Of a stretch of DNA of 32,856 bases, positions 10,571 to 24,220 are shown in pieces (within the stretch, counting starts at the first letter, position 1; every line of letters starts with the position of its first letter). The stretch is from Octopus sinensis (lineage: Eukaryota), in the NCBI RefSeq assembly GCF_006345805.1, contig NW_021832178.1, forward strand, positions 1-32,856, read 5' to 3'. The notes beneath the pieces are model-generated. The model worked only from the letters and a program-made list of their open reading frames with translations. It had not been told where the DNA came from and ran no database searches. The translations under genes were made by a program, and so were the position numbers.

Positions 10571-10892
10571 GCCTTTTCTTTAAACCTAATGTTTTCTGAC
10601 TAAGACTTGTCTTTTGTAATTAAAAAGCTATTGTATGATTTACATCACTTACTAAGATTTCTAGCTATATGATATTATGTATCCTATGTTGTTATTCTGT
10701 AATCGACTTTGTTGAAAGATATGGGACATAAGCGCACACACATGCATACACGCACACACAAGCTCGCACACGTACACCTATCTATAAATACGTATATGTA
10801 TAGATATATACACACACACAAACATATATGTATACATACATAAGATACGTACACATACACACGTGTATACATTGCATATATATGCAATGTAT

Positions 10893-10894
<2 letters not shown>

Positions 10895-10946
<52 letters not shown>

Positions 10947-10985
10947 TGTGTGTGTGTGTGTGTGTGTGCGCGTGTGTGTGTGTGT
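10895..10985. repeat. (TG)n microsatellite
   Basis: Directly visible. Confidence 0.95.
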
Positions 10986-11233
10986 AACAGTACACTCCGG
11001 GTGGAGCAGTGAAGTTCTGCATGGCTAAAAGAAATGGAGATATTTCAAATAGAGAAATGTGTCTTATGCCGTGAGAAAGAAAACGAGCCTGATGTTTCTG
11101 GCAGAAACACTTCATCAGAGTGAAATGAAATATCATCTGGTGCTGATAGTTATATAAACTGGGCGTCGTAACCAAGACGGAAAGAGATTAGAGGAAATAT
11201 TATTTGGATATTCATAATAATTACAATGAGAAG

Positions 11234-12570
11234 CACAACATCTAGTTTCGGAGATTTTAGGCATGTTTTAAAGTAGGTTTTGGTCGGTGATTCTAAATAT
11301 GCCATCAGGTTTTCTCCACCAGCTCTGATTATAGAAGTATTTTAAACCCCTAATCGCTGCGCATACAACGATTGGGCTCAAGGGTTGATGACTACAAAGC
11401 ACTATCGTTGCCCTTTGGACGAAAAAGCAAGAACATATTTATTTATGATTAAATTATTCCATAAAGTCAGATAATGGTGAAACAACGTAGAAAGGCATTA
11501 TGGACACAATGTTGATTTACTACGAAGTCAGACAAAAGCAGAGCTTCAGAGATTCCTTGTGGTGAGCTGCCTTAAGACAATCGCATTGAATGGCCCAGTT
11601 TTCATCCACTATCATATGGCAATTGCCGTTATCTTTCTTCCTTATTCCTTAAATATTAGTTAAATCGTTCACCTGTTCATGTCTTGGGTCACTAAGTTTG
11701 TCTGGGAAACGATCCAAATAGCTGTGGATGTAATGCACTTTCACGGAAAAATAGAACATGTTTTCCACTAGTTCAGAGTAGTTATCTATTTTATATTTCC
11801 CCAGAAATTTCCTTACAGCCAGAGTGAACGTGCTTCTACTTCAGAATTGTTTATTGAATCTTGGAAATGTGGGTCTTTGATGATTTTTGGCCCGTCGAAA
11901 ATACCTTCAGTTTCTCCTTGCTCGGCGCTTGACGTTCACTGCGTATGTTGTCAAAGCAGTCCTTTTATTTGCTCAAAGCCTTCAGAGACTATTTCATTAA
12001 ATTTGTAGCGAATTTGAAGTGCTGTGGTGGTAAAAGGATCCTATCTCTTCCAGGCAAGATTTCTGCTATTGCATTCTTTTCTCCAACGAAGATGGTTTCT
12101 TTCAGAGGTCATTGTTTTCTCATCCTGTGCTCATCCTTAGATCTACTATCACAGATACACATAAAGGAGAGGTAATTTGAGTATCCGCTCTGCAGCTCCA
12201 GGAGAAATTTGAAATTTCAAGATTCACACAGATTAGCCTTTGGTGGTCGTGGTATATCTTCTGCAAGACCAACGTAATTATTTCTTATCACCACTTCATC
12301 TTAGATCAGTGACCAATTAGAATCGATCCATATTTGTTGTTATTGTGTAAAGACATATATTAGGCTTCGCTCTCTATGAAAAGCCGCCATTCACTTGCAA
12401 CAAATTTTGATGTACCCATTTTCATCAGCAAGCTTTGAACATCTTTGCGTAAGATGAAATCGATTTCATTTGAGAAGATGAGCAGTATTACAACTTTTCC
12501 ACTGCGCAAGTATGTAATTCAGGTTACGTGCATTATATCAGAAACTAACTCTGCTTGAAACCAATGGCAG
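11234..12570 (-). mobile_element. Chapaev3-like (CMC superfamily) DNA transposon relic
   Basis: Minus-strand fragments read DVQSLLMKMG..EWRLFIES..LHNNNKYGSILIGH..LICVNLEISNFLLELQSGYSNY..CDSRSKDEH..VGEKN..RDRILLPPQHFK..EKL/GIFDGPK..VKVHYIHSYLDRFPDKL. These match the EWRLFIDSS / LPPLHIKLG / GIFDGPQIR / HSHLDRFPENLG motifs. The family assignment is from recall. Confidence 0.8.
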
Positions 12571-12795
12571 TTATATTTTTAGGCTCTGGTGTGAATATAC
12601 CTAGAATCGGGACTAAAATCTAAGGCAATAAAAGAAAAAAATCTCTCTTGAAATTGTTCTTCAAATATATTCCTCCAACTATTCGCTATCTTTCTAATTA
12701 TTCTGTACCATTTAATATCTCAAATCTGTCAGACGAAGAATGAAGCTTGACATGTTAGCCTTTCCGGCATAAAATATATTCCTTTCATTGATCTA

Positions 12796-13280
12796 CAATA
12801 ATCTTATCTTAATTGATCGATATGTACAGAGATGAGGCGGAGAGGTAGTTAGTTAATCGTTAGCACGTCCGACAAAATAGCCAGCAGCATTTTTTTCTGG
12901 CGTTTTATATTCTAAGTTCAAACCTCACCGAGGTAAACTTTGCATTTCATCCATTCGGGGCCAGTAAAAAGAAGTACCAGTCAGTACTGGAGATCGATTT
13001 AATCCGCTTATCCTCTCTTCTCAAATGTTGTTGGCCTTCATTCCTGCAACAGATGGGTGTCTCGTTCAGTGCTCAACTTCTACTTACTTCATCGACCCCG
13101 GAAGCATAAAAGGGGATTTCAACATCGGCAGAATTTGAACATAAAATGTGAAAAGAGATATCGCTAAGCATTTTGCCCGACGCGATAACGAATCTCTCGC
13201 TCTGATGACCTCGTACCTAATTCAGAAACCGAAAAGCAAGAAAATTAATAACAATAAGTATAGTAACAATTCTTTCTACT
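12796..13280. repeat. Local duplication copy B (pre-insertion state); contains an inverted pair of old family A SINEs
   Basis: See 8582-9322. The target reads aaatgtgaaaagagatatc|gctaagc without interruption. Confidence 0.92.
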
Positions 13281-13719
13281 GACTTATCATTCGATGAACA
13301 GCTGCTTCAGTATTTAATTGTAATAATATACATGTCGTATGACAGATCTTGGACTTTGACGGAAACTGTACAGATCATCAGTTACCAAGTTATTTCCTTC
13401 TAAGAAAAGAAAAGTCTCTCTCTCATATTTTATATTGCAACCTTTCTAGATATGCAAGCATTTGTACCTGCTTCGTTGTCTGTACAGCATATGTGCGTTT
13501 AGAAGTTTTTTCAAATCTTACCACAGTCAGTGTATCGTCAGATAGTATAAGAAATGGTTTAGCTTGAAACTTTTTCCATAGTTTTAGAAGAAAACGGGAA
13601 GCATCAATAGTTATCTGTATAACATTTGATCTCTGTCAAGAATTCGTTACGTAGTTATGCTCATGAATGTATCACTTTCTACATATGTATGAGAGTATAT
13701 GATAATACACAGGCGCGCA

Positions 13720-13755
13720 TGTGTGTGTATTTGTATGTGTGTGTGTGTGTGTGTG

Positions 13756-13800
<45 letters not shown>

Positions 13801-14033
13801 TGTGTGTGTTTTATGTGGTTGCTGTGATTGATTAAATGTATGCATAATGTAGATATTGACAATTAGAATATTCCAAAAGTTTTCACTGATATGAAATGCG
13901 TGTGTATCAGTTTATGTGTGTGATTCTGTATATGTATGTGTTTGTGTGTGTGTATATGTGTGTGTGTGAATGTGTTTCTATGAGTGCTTGCATGTGTGTA
14001 TATTTGTTTCTATCTTTCTGTGTGTATGTGTAT

Positions 14034-14069
<36 letters not shown>

Positions 14070-14230
14070 TTGGTTTTGTGACTGCTTGCATGTGTGTGTT
14101 TCTTTCAGTGTATGTGTTTGTATGTGTGTGAATGTGTTTCTATGAGTGCTTGCATGTATGCATGGTCGTTTTTCTTCGTGTGTATGTGCATGTGTGTGCG
14201 TGCGTGTGTCTCTGTGTGTGTATATGTGTG
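13720..14230. repeat. (TG)n-rich compound repeat with a short internal duplication (gtgtgaatgtgtttctatgagtgcttgcatg at about 13964 and 14126)
   Basis: Directly visible. Confidence 0.9.
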
Positions 14231-14549
14231 AGTGGTCACACATACATGACGATATATTGCAATGCTTCTTACTTTGACTAAATTCACACACATAAGCAGA
14301 TATCACAGATATCACAGAAGCTTTATCCAAACACACTCGCATACACAAGGTCACACGCAAATGCATAAGAGTGTAACAGATATATGCATTATTACTGCAT
14401 ATATGCATATGCATCAGATTATGTGAGCTTTTACTTACAGGCGAGTATTCACCAGTTTAAATATCAACGGGAGTGCGATTGTACAAATAGACATATATTG
14501 GCAGCAGATATATGTATGTGCGCGGGAGTTCGTACTATATGCATAATCT

Positions 14550-14578
14550 AATATATATATATAATATATATATATATG

Positions 14579-14632
<54 letters not shown>

Positions 14633-14801
14633 TATATATATAATATAATATATATATATATATATATATTCATATATATATATATAGATAGATAGATAGA
14701 TAGATAGATATAAATATATATATATTCATATATATATATAGATAGATACATAGATAGATAAATATATATAATATATATATATATTTTTTTATTTATATCT
14801 A

Positions 14802-14865
<64 letters not shown>

Positions 14866-15010
14866 AGTATATATATGTGTGTGTGGGTATCTATATATCT
14901 GTATGAATAATCTACCTATCCCACACTCACAAACAGACACACACACACACACACACACACACACCACACACACACACAAACACACACACACAGATATATA
15001 TATGTATATA
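14550..15010. repeat. (TA)n/(TAGA)n/(TG)n/(CA)n compound microsatellite
   Basis: Directly visible. Confidence 0.95.
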
Positions 15011-15708
15011 TATGACTGTCCATATTGCAGCCATTTCATTATGGAAGTTATAGCTATCCAGAACGTCAGTTCCAATCGAGAACCAATTGTAGCCAAGTTC
15101 GAAATTATACATTTGAAAAATCTTTTTATTTCCTAAGTTAATCATTTTACCAGAGAATAAATTCTTAGACAATAATATGAAGTGGCTAATATTCCATTCC
15201 TGATTTTAATGGCTGACTTCTGGGACAATGCATATATGGTAACAATAGAAATGAAATGGCGAAACTTTGGAGAGCATTTAATGCTGCATTCCTCAAATGA
15301 AAAATAAATTCATTTTCGCATTTCGCTTTTCATTAAAATCATTCTTCGGGAATGTCTGTCTTCAGAAGACTTCTGAGAACATAAAGTCACGAGATGTAAA
15401 GATATTAAATATTTGGAGTGGATATTGAAATATTAATATCATCTGCGTCGTATGTCTTTCGTGTTTGGCTGCGTGCTTGTATGGGAAGCGTGCGTGTATA
15501 GCCACATGCGTGTAGATCCCGCGTGCGTTGTAGAGCTGAGTGTATGTATGATGATGTCGATAAATGTGTGTGACTGTGCATCTATGCATCCATCTGTATG
15601 TATGAATGCGTATGAGCATATGTATTCAGATGCACGTATAGATGCATAACAGAATGTATGCGCGTGTGTGAATGCGTATGCAATGGTGCCTCTTTGTATC
15701 TACGTATA

Positions 15709-16062
15709 CTCTTTTACTTGTTCCAGTCATTTGACTGCGACCATGCTGGAGCACCGCCTTTAGTCGACCAAATCGACCCCAGGACTTATTTTTGTAACCC
15801 TAGTACTTTTTCTATCGGTCTGTTTGGCCGAGCCGCTAAGTTACAGGGATGCAAACAAGCGATGTTGTGGAGGGGTGGGGGCAAACACCACAAACACACA
15901 CGACGGGCTTCTTTCAGTTTCCGTCTACCAACTCCACTCACAAGGCTTTGGTCGGCCCGAGGCTATAGTAGAAGACACTTGCCCAAGGTGCCACGCAGTG
16001 GGACTGAACCCGAAACCATGCAGTTGGTAAGCAAGCTACTTACAATACAGCCACTCCTGCGC
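15709..16062 (-). mobile_element. Family B tRNA-derived SINE, near full length
   Basis: Minus strand reads gcgcaggagtggctgtattgtaagtagc..GGGTTCAGTCCC (B box)..caccttgggcaagt (a MIR/CORE-like motif)..ggcggtgctccagcatgg..aagtaaaagag tail. Confidence 0.9.
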
Positions 16063-16309
16063 GTGAAAATCTGTATGAGTGTATACATGCGTGAGATTCT
16101 ATGTGTCCATGTGTATACTGGATGTGCGACTCTCCTTGTGTCTGATTTTAAATGGTGAGGGTCATCTGTGTTGGTACGTTTTGCACAAATGTGTGTATAT
16201 CTTGTTTCTGCGTCTATGCATATATATGAGAGTGAGTTATATATAATCGTGTGAGGCTGTACATGAGTGTATACGAGCATCCTTCTTATTTATGGTGGTG
16301 TGTATACGT

Positions 16310-16592
16310 ATACATGTATGTATGTATGTATGTATGTATGTATGTATGTATGTATGTATGTATTTATGTATGTATGTAGGTATGTATGTATGAATATGTA
16401 TGTATTATGTAAGTATGTATGAATGTATGCATGTGTGTATGTATGTATATATGTATGTATTATGTATGTATGTATTATGTATGTATGTAAGTATGTATGT
16501 ATGTGTGTGTATGTATGTATATATATGTGTATGTATGTATGTATTATGTATGTATGTATGAATGTATGTATGCATGTATGTATGTATGTATG

Positions 16593-16626
<34 letters not shown>

Positions 16627-16755
16627 TTATGTATTATGTATGTATGTATGTATGTGTGTGTGTATGTATGAATATGTATGTATGCATTATGTATGTATGT
16701 ATGAATGTATGTATGTATGTATGAATGTATGTATGCATGTATGTATGTATGTATG

Positions 16756-16786
<31 letters not shown>

Positions 16787-16900
16787 TATGTATTATGTAT
16801 GTATGTATGTATGTGTGTGTGTATGTATGAATATGTATGTATGCATTATGTATGTATGTATGAATGTATGTATGTATGTATGTATGTATGTATGTATGTA
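16310..16900. repeat. (TATG)n array with a higher-order duplication of about 163 bp
   Basis: The pattern of variant units starting at 16561 recurs at 16724. Confidence 0.9.
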
Positions 16901-17376
16901 TGTTATCTCGCTGAAATTTTGGTGACTATCTCTGTCACTGTCTCATTACCACCTCTCTCACACCCTGTCTGTCCGTCTGCCTGTCTGTCAGTCTCTCCCT
17001 CTTTCTCAAGGTCTTTCTTCTGAATAGTAATCCAGCGTTTCGTGCCCTTCAGATATAAACACGTATTCTCTGTATTTATATCTGCACATATTTTCTGTAT
17101 CCATATCACCACACATATATATATACACGTATTTTTTCTGTATCGATATCTGCCCACCTATATCTTAACGAGCCGCACCCACAAACGTACAGACACACGA
17201 GGACACACAGACACACATTCTTATATACGTTCAAGCATACAAACATATATACATTTATCCATGTGTATATCCATGCATAAATACATATAGAAATACATAC
17301 ATACATACATACTTAAACACACACACTAACGCATGCATACTTATAACCATACAGCATATATATATATATAAAGTCT

Positions 17377-17500
17377 GTGGCTTCCCAACCACATATTTCC
17401 GGGTTCAGTCCCACTGCGCGGCACCTTGGGCAAGTGTCTTCAACTATAGCCCCGAGCCGGCCAAATCCACTCATAAGTGCATTTGGTAGACAGAGACTGA

Positions 17501-17565
<65 letters not shown>

Positions 17566-17576
17566 ATATATATATA

Positions 17577-17665
<89 letters not shown>

Positions 17666-18029
17666 TATTATAACTTAGATAAACTTAGATATGTTTTCGA
17701 CCAGAGATTGGTCCAGGCCATGTCTAACTTAAGAGCACCACCTGATAGTATTCGAATCCTGTTTAAGGAAGTCAAGTTTATATTCAAGTAGTGAGTTCTT
17801 GTTGGGTGAGTTGTATCCAGTTTTGTTCAAGTAGTGAGTTCTTGATATATATATATATATATATATATATTAAATATATATAATATAGATAATATATATA
17901 TATATATATATATAATACATATATATTTGTATATATTTAAGTATATTAAGTTACGTCCCTGTAACTTAGCGGTTCAGCAAAAGAGATTGATAGAAGGACC
18001 AAGCTTACAAAGAATAAGTCCTGGAGTCG
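17377..18029 (+). mobile_element. Family B SINE split by about 450 bp of microsatellite-rich sequence
   Basis: The 5' half (17377-17500) has gggttcagtcccactgcgcggcaccttgggcaagtg. The 3' half (17953-18029) has gtaacttagcggttcagcaaaagag..gcttacaaagaataagtcctgg. Confidence 0.8.
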
Positions 18030-18312
18030 TGTGTGTGTATATGTATACATTTACGTATTTATGTATTTAAATGGAATAAATATAAAAATTATTCTCTTAT
18101 ATGGTTTTTGCGCAGACTGGTTGATAAATTCTTATATAGATATTTTCCTATATTAAATTTTCAATACATGCTTAAATATATATGTATGCATACATAAACA
18201 TATGTATATTGGTATAAATTAATATCCCTAATAACATACAACAGAAGATATGCGCATTTTTATAACTATATAAGATAGTTGAAATTCACCTAAGATTAAC
18301 ATGTAAGATCAA

Positions 18313-18329
18313 TACATACATACATACAT

Positions 18330-18360
<31 letters not shown>

Positions 18361-18895
18361 TACATGTATATATATATATATGTACACACATGTACTTTTG
18401 CATGTATACATATACATCTATGATTGCATCTGTGTATTTATGCATATATCATGCAGCTCATGCATACAGTGTAATTGGTGAAAGTAATATGGCGAACCTA
18501 CATACATATACACATAGGCACACAACCAATTTCAGTTACGTACGCTTATCTCCCCATATTCATGAACGAAGCATCCTAGGGCGACCTGCTGGCATCGTTC
18601 GGTTACACAAGAAACCTAATGCTAAATACATGCATGCATACACAGACGTATATATACACACACACGCACTTACTCACAGATATGTTTGTGTATGTGTGCT
18701 TATGTATGTATATGTATGTATTTATATGTATGTATGCATATATGTATGTATACATATGTATATGTATGTATATGTTTGTATTTATGTATTTATGTTTGAA
18801 TATATATGTACGTATATATGTATGTATATGTATGTATATATATGTATATGTATTTATATGTTTGCATTTATGTATTTATGTATTTATGTATGTAT
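18313..18895. repeat. (CATA)n/(CA)n and degenerate (TATG)n tracts
   Basis: Directly visible. They explain the ORFs at 18390-18997. Confidence 0.85.
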
Positions 18896-19261
18896 ATTGC
18901 CATTGACTGTCATCAATTTGAAGAACTGAACTTTCTTGGAAATGTTCTCGAATATATACCAATTCCATTGATTCTAATCTGCATCAATTCGACGTGAGCT
19001 CTGACATTTCTATTTTCTCTAAAGCACACATCAACCTATTTTAGCGATTCATTGATATTTTTATAAATTACTTGTTTGCTTCAATTTTCATTGCTTTCTT
19101 TAGTTACTTTATCATTTCAAGTTAAGTTTGGTTCAGACCCTGCCTTGTATTTCAAAAACAGTGTCCAGCTATCGTATTGTGTTGTACAGAAGGGATTTCT
19201 TGGCGAAAATATCCCTACCATATTATATGTAGACTTTTATACTGCATATAAAATATAGGCG

Positions 19262-20830
19262 TCACACACACATACACAAACGTGTACACACGCACACACA
19301 CACAAGTACGCAAGCACACGCAGCGAGTATGTTACACATACTTACACATATATGACACACACACACATACACACAATACCTACCTGCACACACACACCAT
19401 ACATACATACACATACATACCTACTTCAGACAACACACACACAGACATACACCCATACCCTCACACTCACACGCATACACACACACACATACACACGCCA
19501 CACGTACACATACACACACACACACACACCTACATACATACATTACCCTTGTATACACACACCTACATTCATACACCCCACACCTACACAGCCATACCCT
19601 CATTCAGACACACCATCTACCTACACACACAAACAACCACACGGACACACACCCATACATACATACATCTACACAACACACGCCTACACACATACATACA
19701 CACATACATAACCACACCACACATATACATATACATTTTACACATACGCACACACCATATACTTATACCATGCACACACACACACACCATACATACACCC
19801 CATATACATACATACAACACATACCCACATACTCCTATACGCACATACATACACAAAGACATACACACTTACACACTCACACAAACATACACACACACAT
19901 ACTTACACACAAACACTCACCTGCACGCACACACATGCATGACAACACCCATACACTCACACTCACATACTACACACCCAACATAACACGCACACGCACA
20001 CACACACCTACACTCCACACACACATACACCACCTACATACACACACACGCACGCATACACACGCACACAAACCACATACATTACACCGTACACACATAC
20101 CCACATACACATGCATACACACACACACACAAACATGCACGGACACACCCAGACATACACCTATATACACACGCCCACACACGTACATACACCACACATA
20201 CACACACGCCCAACACCTACAACCTACGACACACACATACATACCACACATACACGGACACACCCACACATACTTACATACATACACCTATACACACACG
20301 CCTACACAACCTACATACACACACATGCATACACACACACACACATGTACGCACATACACACACACATACGCACATACATATATACCCCACACACTGCAC
20401 ACACCACACACATACGCACATGCAGGCATGCATGCACACGCGCACAACCTACACGCATACACACACACACACACGCACGTACACATACATACATCCACAC
20501 ACGCATACATACACCCATACACATACATGCATCCGACAACACACATACATACACCTCACACATACATACACACACACACACTTACTCCACACCGTATGTA
20601 CGCGCACACACATGCACATACACACACTTCCCCACACCCACACGTACATACAACACACTCACACACATACCACACACACACGGACCATACATCTATGCAC
20701 ACATCATACACACATACTCACATACATTCATCGCACACACTGCCACCCAGACATACACACAGACCACTCACACATCAACACAACATACATACGCACTCGC
20801 ATACTCGCAGGCACGCGCACATACGCACTT
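19262..20830. repeat. Highly degenerate CA/CATA-rich low-complexity tract of about 1.6 kb
   Basis: The plus strand is almost entirely C/A with irregular interruptions. It is the source of the His/Thr-rich ORFs. Confidence 0.9.
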
Positions 20831-21489
20831 ACGCCGGCTCGCGTTGCATACGCGTCGCATACACCTCGCCCTTGGACCTGACGAGACCTCCCGCCCGTTC
20901 CTGGGACCGTCGCGTGTCGTTGGGTTTGTCCCACGCCTGTCTCCGCGGTACCACTCTTCCATCTTCCCCTCAGCTGGAGTCCTTTTCCTTAACCCTAACC
21001 CCCCCCCCTTTTTTCGTTACACCCACGCGGCGCACACATATACACACCTTGCCTAATATATACATCACTCTTACACACATTCAATCTACTCATTAATACC
21101 ACCCACGACACTGGACACACACACACCTACTACTCAACACACGCTGGGCACGCTACATACGCCCCCACCCCTTCCCCTCCCTCCCTTCCTCCTTCCTTCT
21201 TTTTTCTTACTACTGACCTCCCTTCCTCCTTCCTTCTTTTTTCTTTCTGCAGCTGACCACTAGTCTCGCCCTACCTCACACGCCTACACACAACGCACTA
21301 CACAACACACACCTATATTTTTTTGTTTTTTCATCTCGCCTCAACAACACATCACATACACACACGCACATGCACACACTCACACATACACACACATCTG
21401 TTGGGTTACCAACCTGTCTCCACTCTTTTGCTTTAAAACCCACTTGTGCTCTGTTATCGTCAACATCCGCCTTCACCATGTGCAACTCG

Positions 21490-21700
21490 TAAAAACCAGT
21501 CGTCTTTTTTTTTTTTCTCTTTCCCTGGGTGCCCGCTCTGGGATCTTTTCTTCCCTCTCTCTCTTCTTTATGTTTCCGACGATAGCTCCGCTCGAAACGT
21601 CATACCTCCCTGCTTCGCATCTCCTGAGCGGCCTATTAATAATAATACTGTAATTGTTCCGTTGTTGTTGTTTTTTTGTTTCCCTTTTGGATTAAAATTA
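21490..21700 (+). mobile_element. PLE terminal repeat copy 2, with a degenerate hammerhead at 21572-21605
   Basis: Aligns with 1255-1455. It reads GTTT-CCGACGA-T-AGC-TCC-GCT-C-GAAA-CGTC-ATAC; the core U4 is mutated to C. Confidence 0.65.
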
Positions 21701-21713
21701 TAATTATATATAT

Positions 21714-21766
<53 letters not shown>

Positions 21767-22030
21767 TGTATATATGTGTATATGTATATATATATATGTG
21801 TGTATATATTTATATTATATATAATATATATATATATATATAGCTATTATATATATTATATATATATAAAGTGCATACATATATTATATATGTATATATG
21901 TATATATGTATGTATGTATGTTTGTATGTATGTATGTTATGTATGTATGTATGTATGTATGTATGTATGTATGAATGTATGCATGTTATATTACATATAT
22001 ATAGGTGTCTGTGTATGTGTGTGTGTTGTT
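21700..22030. repeat. (TA)n/(TATG)n microsatellite
   Basis: Directly visible. Confidence 0.95.
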
Positions 22031-22627
22031 CAAAACAGTTTCGTTCGGATTCCGTGCTATTTCAGGTTTCGAAGGCCGTTCAAACTTGAACTAGCACGGA
22101 ATCGAAATCAAACTTTGTTTGCTACAATACTTGTAAATCCTATTCAATGTGGTGAGTGCCCTTCCTTTCGTTTGTCCATATATATACAATCGCAAACACA
22201 GACACAAACAAACACACAAACTCACACAAAAACACACACTCTCTCTCTCTCTCTCTCCTCCACACACATACACACAGACTCACACATATACATATATAAA
22301 GTTATTATCGCAGCTATATACGAGCAGATATCAAACTCTGCTTGTAACAGGCCCATTTTAGGATCGTGTTCTCAGCGCAGTAGTTGGGGCAAACTTCATC
22401 TGCTATATGATAGACTTGACCAGTTATACTTTGCGAATGGAATTTATTGGGAGAAAACTGCGCGGAACAGCTTTTTAAGATGCACTATATCATGTACATT
22501 GTTATTCAGTTAGCGAAAGAAAAACCCCACAAGAAGTCATGTTTTAAGACACATAAAGTAGACTTTTTTTTTTTACAAGTATTAGAAATTTTGTCTATAA
22601 AATTTTAATCATTATAATCTTGTCTGC

Positions 22628-22906
22628 GGAGGCGCAATGGCCCAGTGGTTAGGGCAGCGGAGTCGCGGTCGGAGGATAGCGCTTTCGATTCCCAGAGCGA
22701 AAATACCTAAAACTCCACGAGGCTCCGGCAGGGTGTGGTGGCGACTTCTATTGTACTCTTTCGCCCCAACTTTCTCTCACTCTCTCTTCCTGTTTCTTGG
22801 GTAACGCTGCGATGGACTGACATCCCGTCCACCTGGGGGGAACACATACGCCACAGAAACTGGGAAACCGGTCCCATGAGCCTGGCTAGGCTTCAAAAGG
22901 GCGCAT
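22628..22906 (+). mobile_element. Family D tRNA-derived SINE
   Basis: A box TGGCCCAGTGG and a degenerate B box CTTTCGATTCCC. The 3' module gtaacgctgcgatggactgacatcccgtcca resembles, from memory, the V-domain type. Confidence 0.85.
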
Positions 22907-24119
22907 CAAAAAGTAAATTAATCTTGTCTACTTTAACATTCCTCTCAGAATATATATAGACGTCACATGTATGTATATATGTACACCGATAAATGTTCGT
23001 GTGCGTATTTAACGTTCACATTGACTTTTTTTCTATACGGTGTGCCGTATTTTGTTTTATAAGTTACTGGGGCGAAGAAGAGATTTCGATAATGTACGGA
23101 CTAAAGATAATTAAAACTCCTGAGTGTATGTGGTGAATACCAAAACAATCCTTTGAAACAGATGATGCTCCAGCATTGCCACAGTGTTATGAATGTAACT
23201 GGTGAAAGAACAAACCTATAACCAATAAGAATCTTTGCTTTTAGACTTTCATATATCTTGACAGTACATATATTTGAATATGGAACGCAAGTATATTGGT
23301 GTATATGTGAATAAGTGTGTATATACATATATATATCTATATATATATATATATTATATATACGCACACACACACACACGCTCACACACTGGCATTCAAA
23401 AGTGCTTACATACGTATGTATTCGTGTGTACGCATATGCAAGCGTTTTCTGTGGGGGCTTGTGTGTGTATGCGCACGCATATATATATGCACTTTAGAAA
23501 AGGAAACTCTTAATATAAACATATATTCATATATAGATCATGTCCATTTATCATATGAATATCATTGCCACAAGATATATCGGTATTGATATAATTTCAA
23601 GGATACATTGCAAATATCATGGAGGGAGGTAAACCTAGTTTATAGATAATGTATTGTTATAAACATATTTACGTATAAGCGCGCCCGCATATATTCACAC
23701 GCACACGCACGTATTCGTTCATATAGATAGCTATATAAATTAAGATATAAGCACACATACATCATAAGTCTACAATTCTAACACAATTAGGTCGATGGAA
23801 ACTTAAGCACAGTCATCCTTATATGAAGCTATCACAATGAGATAAAGTTACTTGTAAGACATACGTAGATGAATATGTATATATACGTAGGTACGTACGT
23901 ACAACGTACATACGTATCTATATGCGTCTTGCGTGCGTTTGAATGCATTGGTATGTATTTCTGTGCATCTGTGGTTTGTGTGTGTAAGTAAAAATAAGCT
24001 CGTAAATACCACAGACACAATTGTGAATAACTTATGCTGATATAAAAAGCCCCTTCCGGTATGAATGCATCATCTTATCCATCAAGGCCACAGATATCTG
24101 TATCACACACACAGAGATA

Positions 24120-24220
24120 TATATCTATCTATTTAATATATATATATATATATATTAATATATATAATATATATATATATATAATATATATAATATATTA
24201 TGTATATAATATATATATTT
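24120..24220. repeat. (TA)n-rich tract
   Basis: Directly visible. Confidence 0.9.

Noticed and set aside
20990-21002. taaccctaaccc telomere-like repeat near a PLE fragment
   Set aside because: Only two units, in a C-rich and possibly low-quality region. This is too little to claim a telomere-associated PLE.
19282-21096. Long His/Thr-rich ORFs (up to 428 aa) and their Val/Cys-rich antisense ORFs
   Set aside because: These are read-through of CA/CATA repeats, which cannot form stop codons easily. They are open in several frames at once and contain no domain.
22628-22700. Genuine tRNA genes at the SINE heads (also 32000-32075 and 29458-29520)
   Set aside because: A and B boxes are present, but no full cloverleaf or acceptor stem is evident, and each continues into a SINE body.
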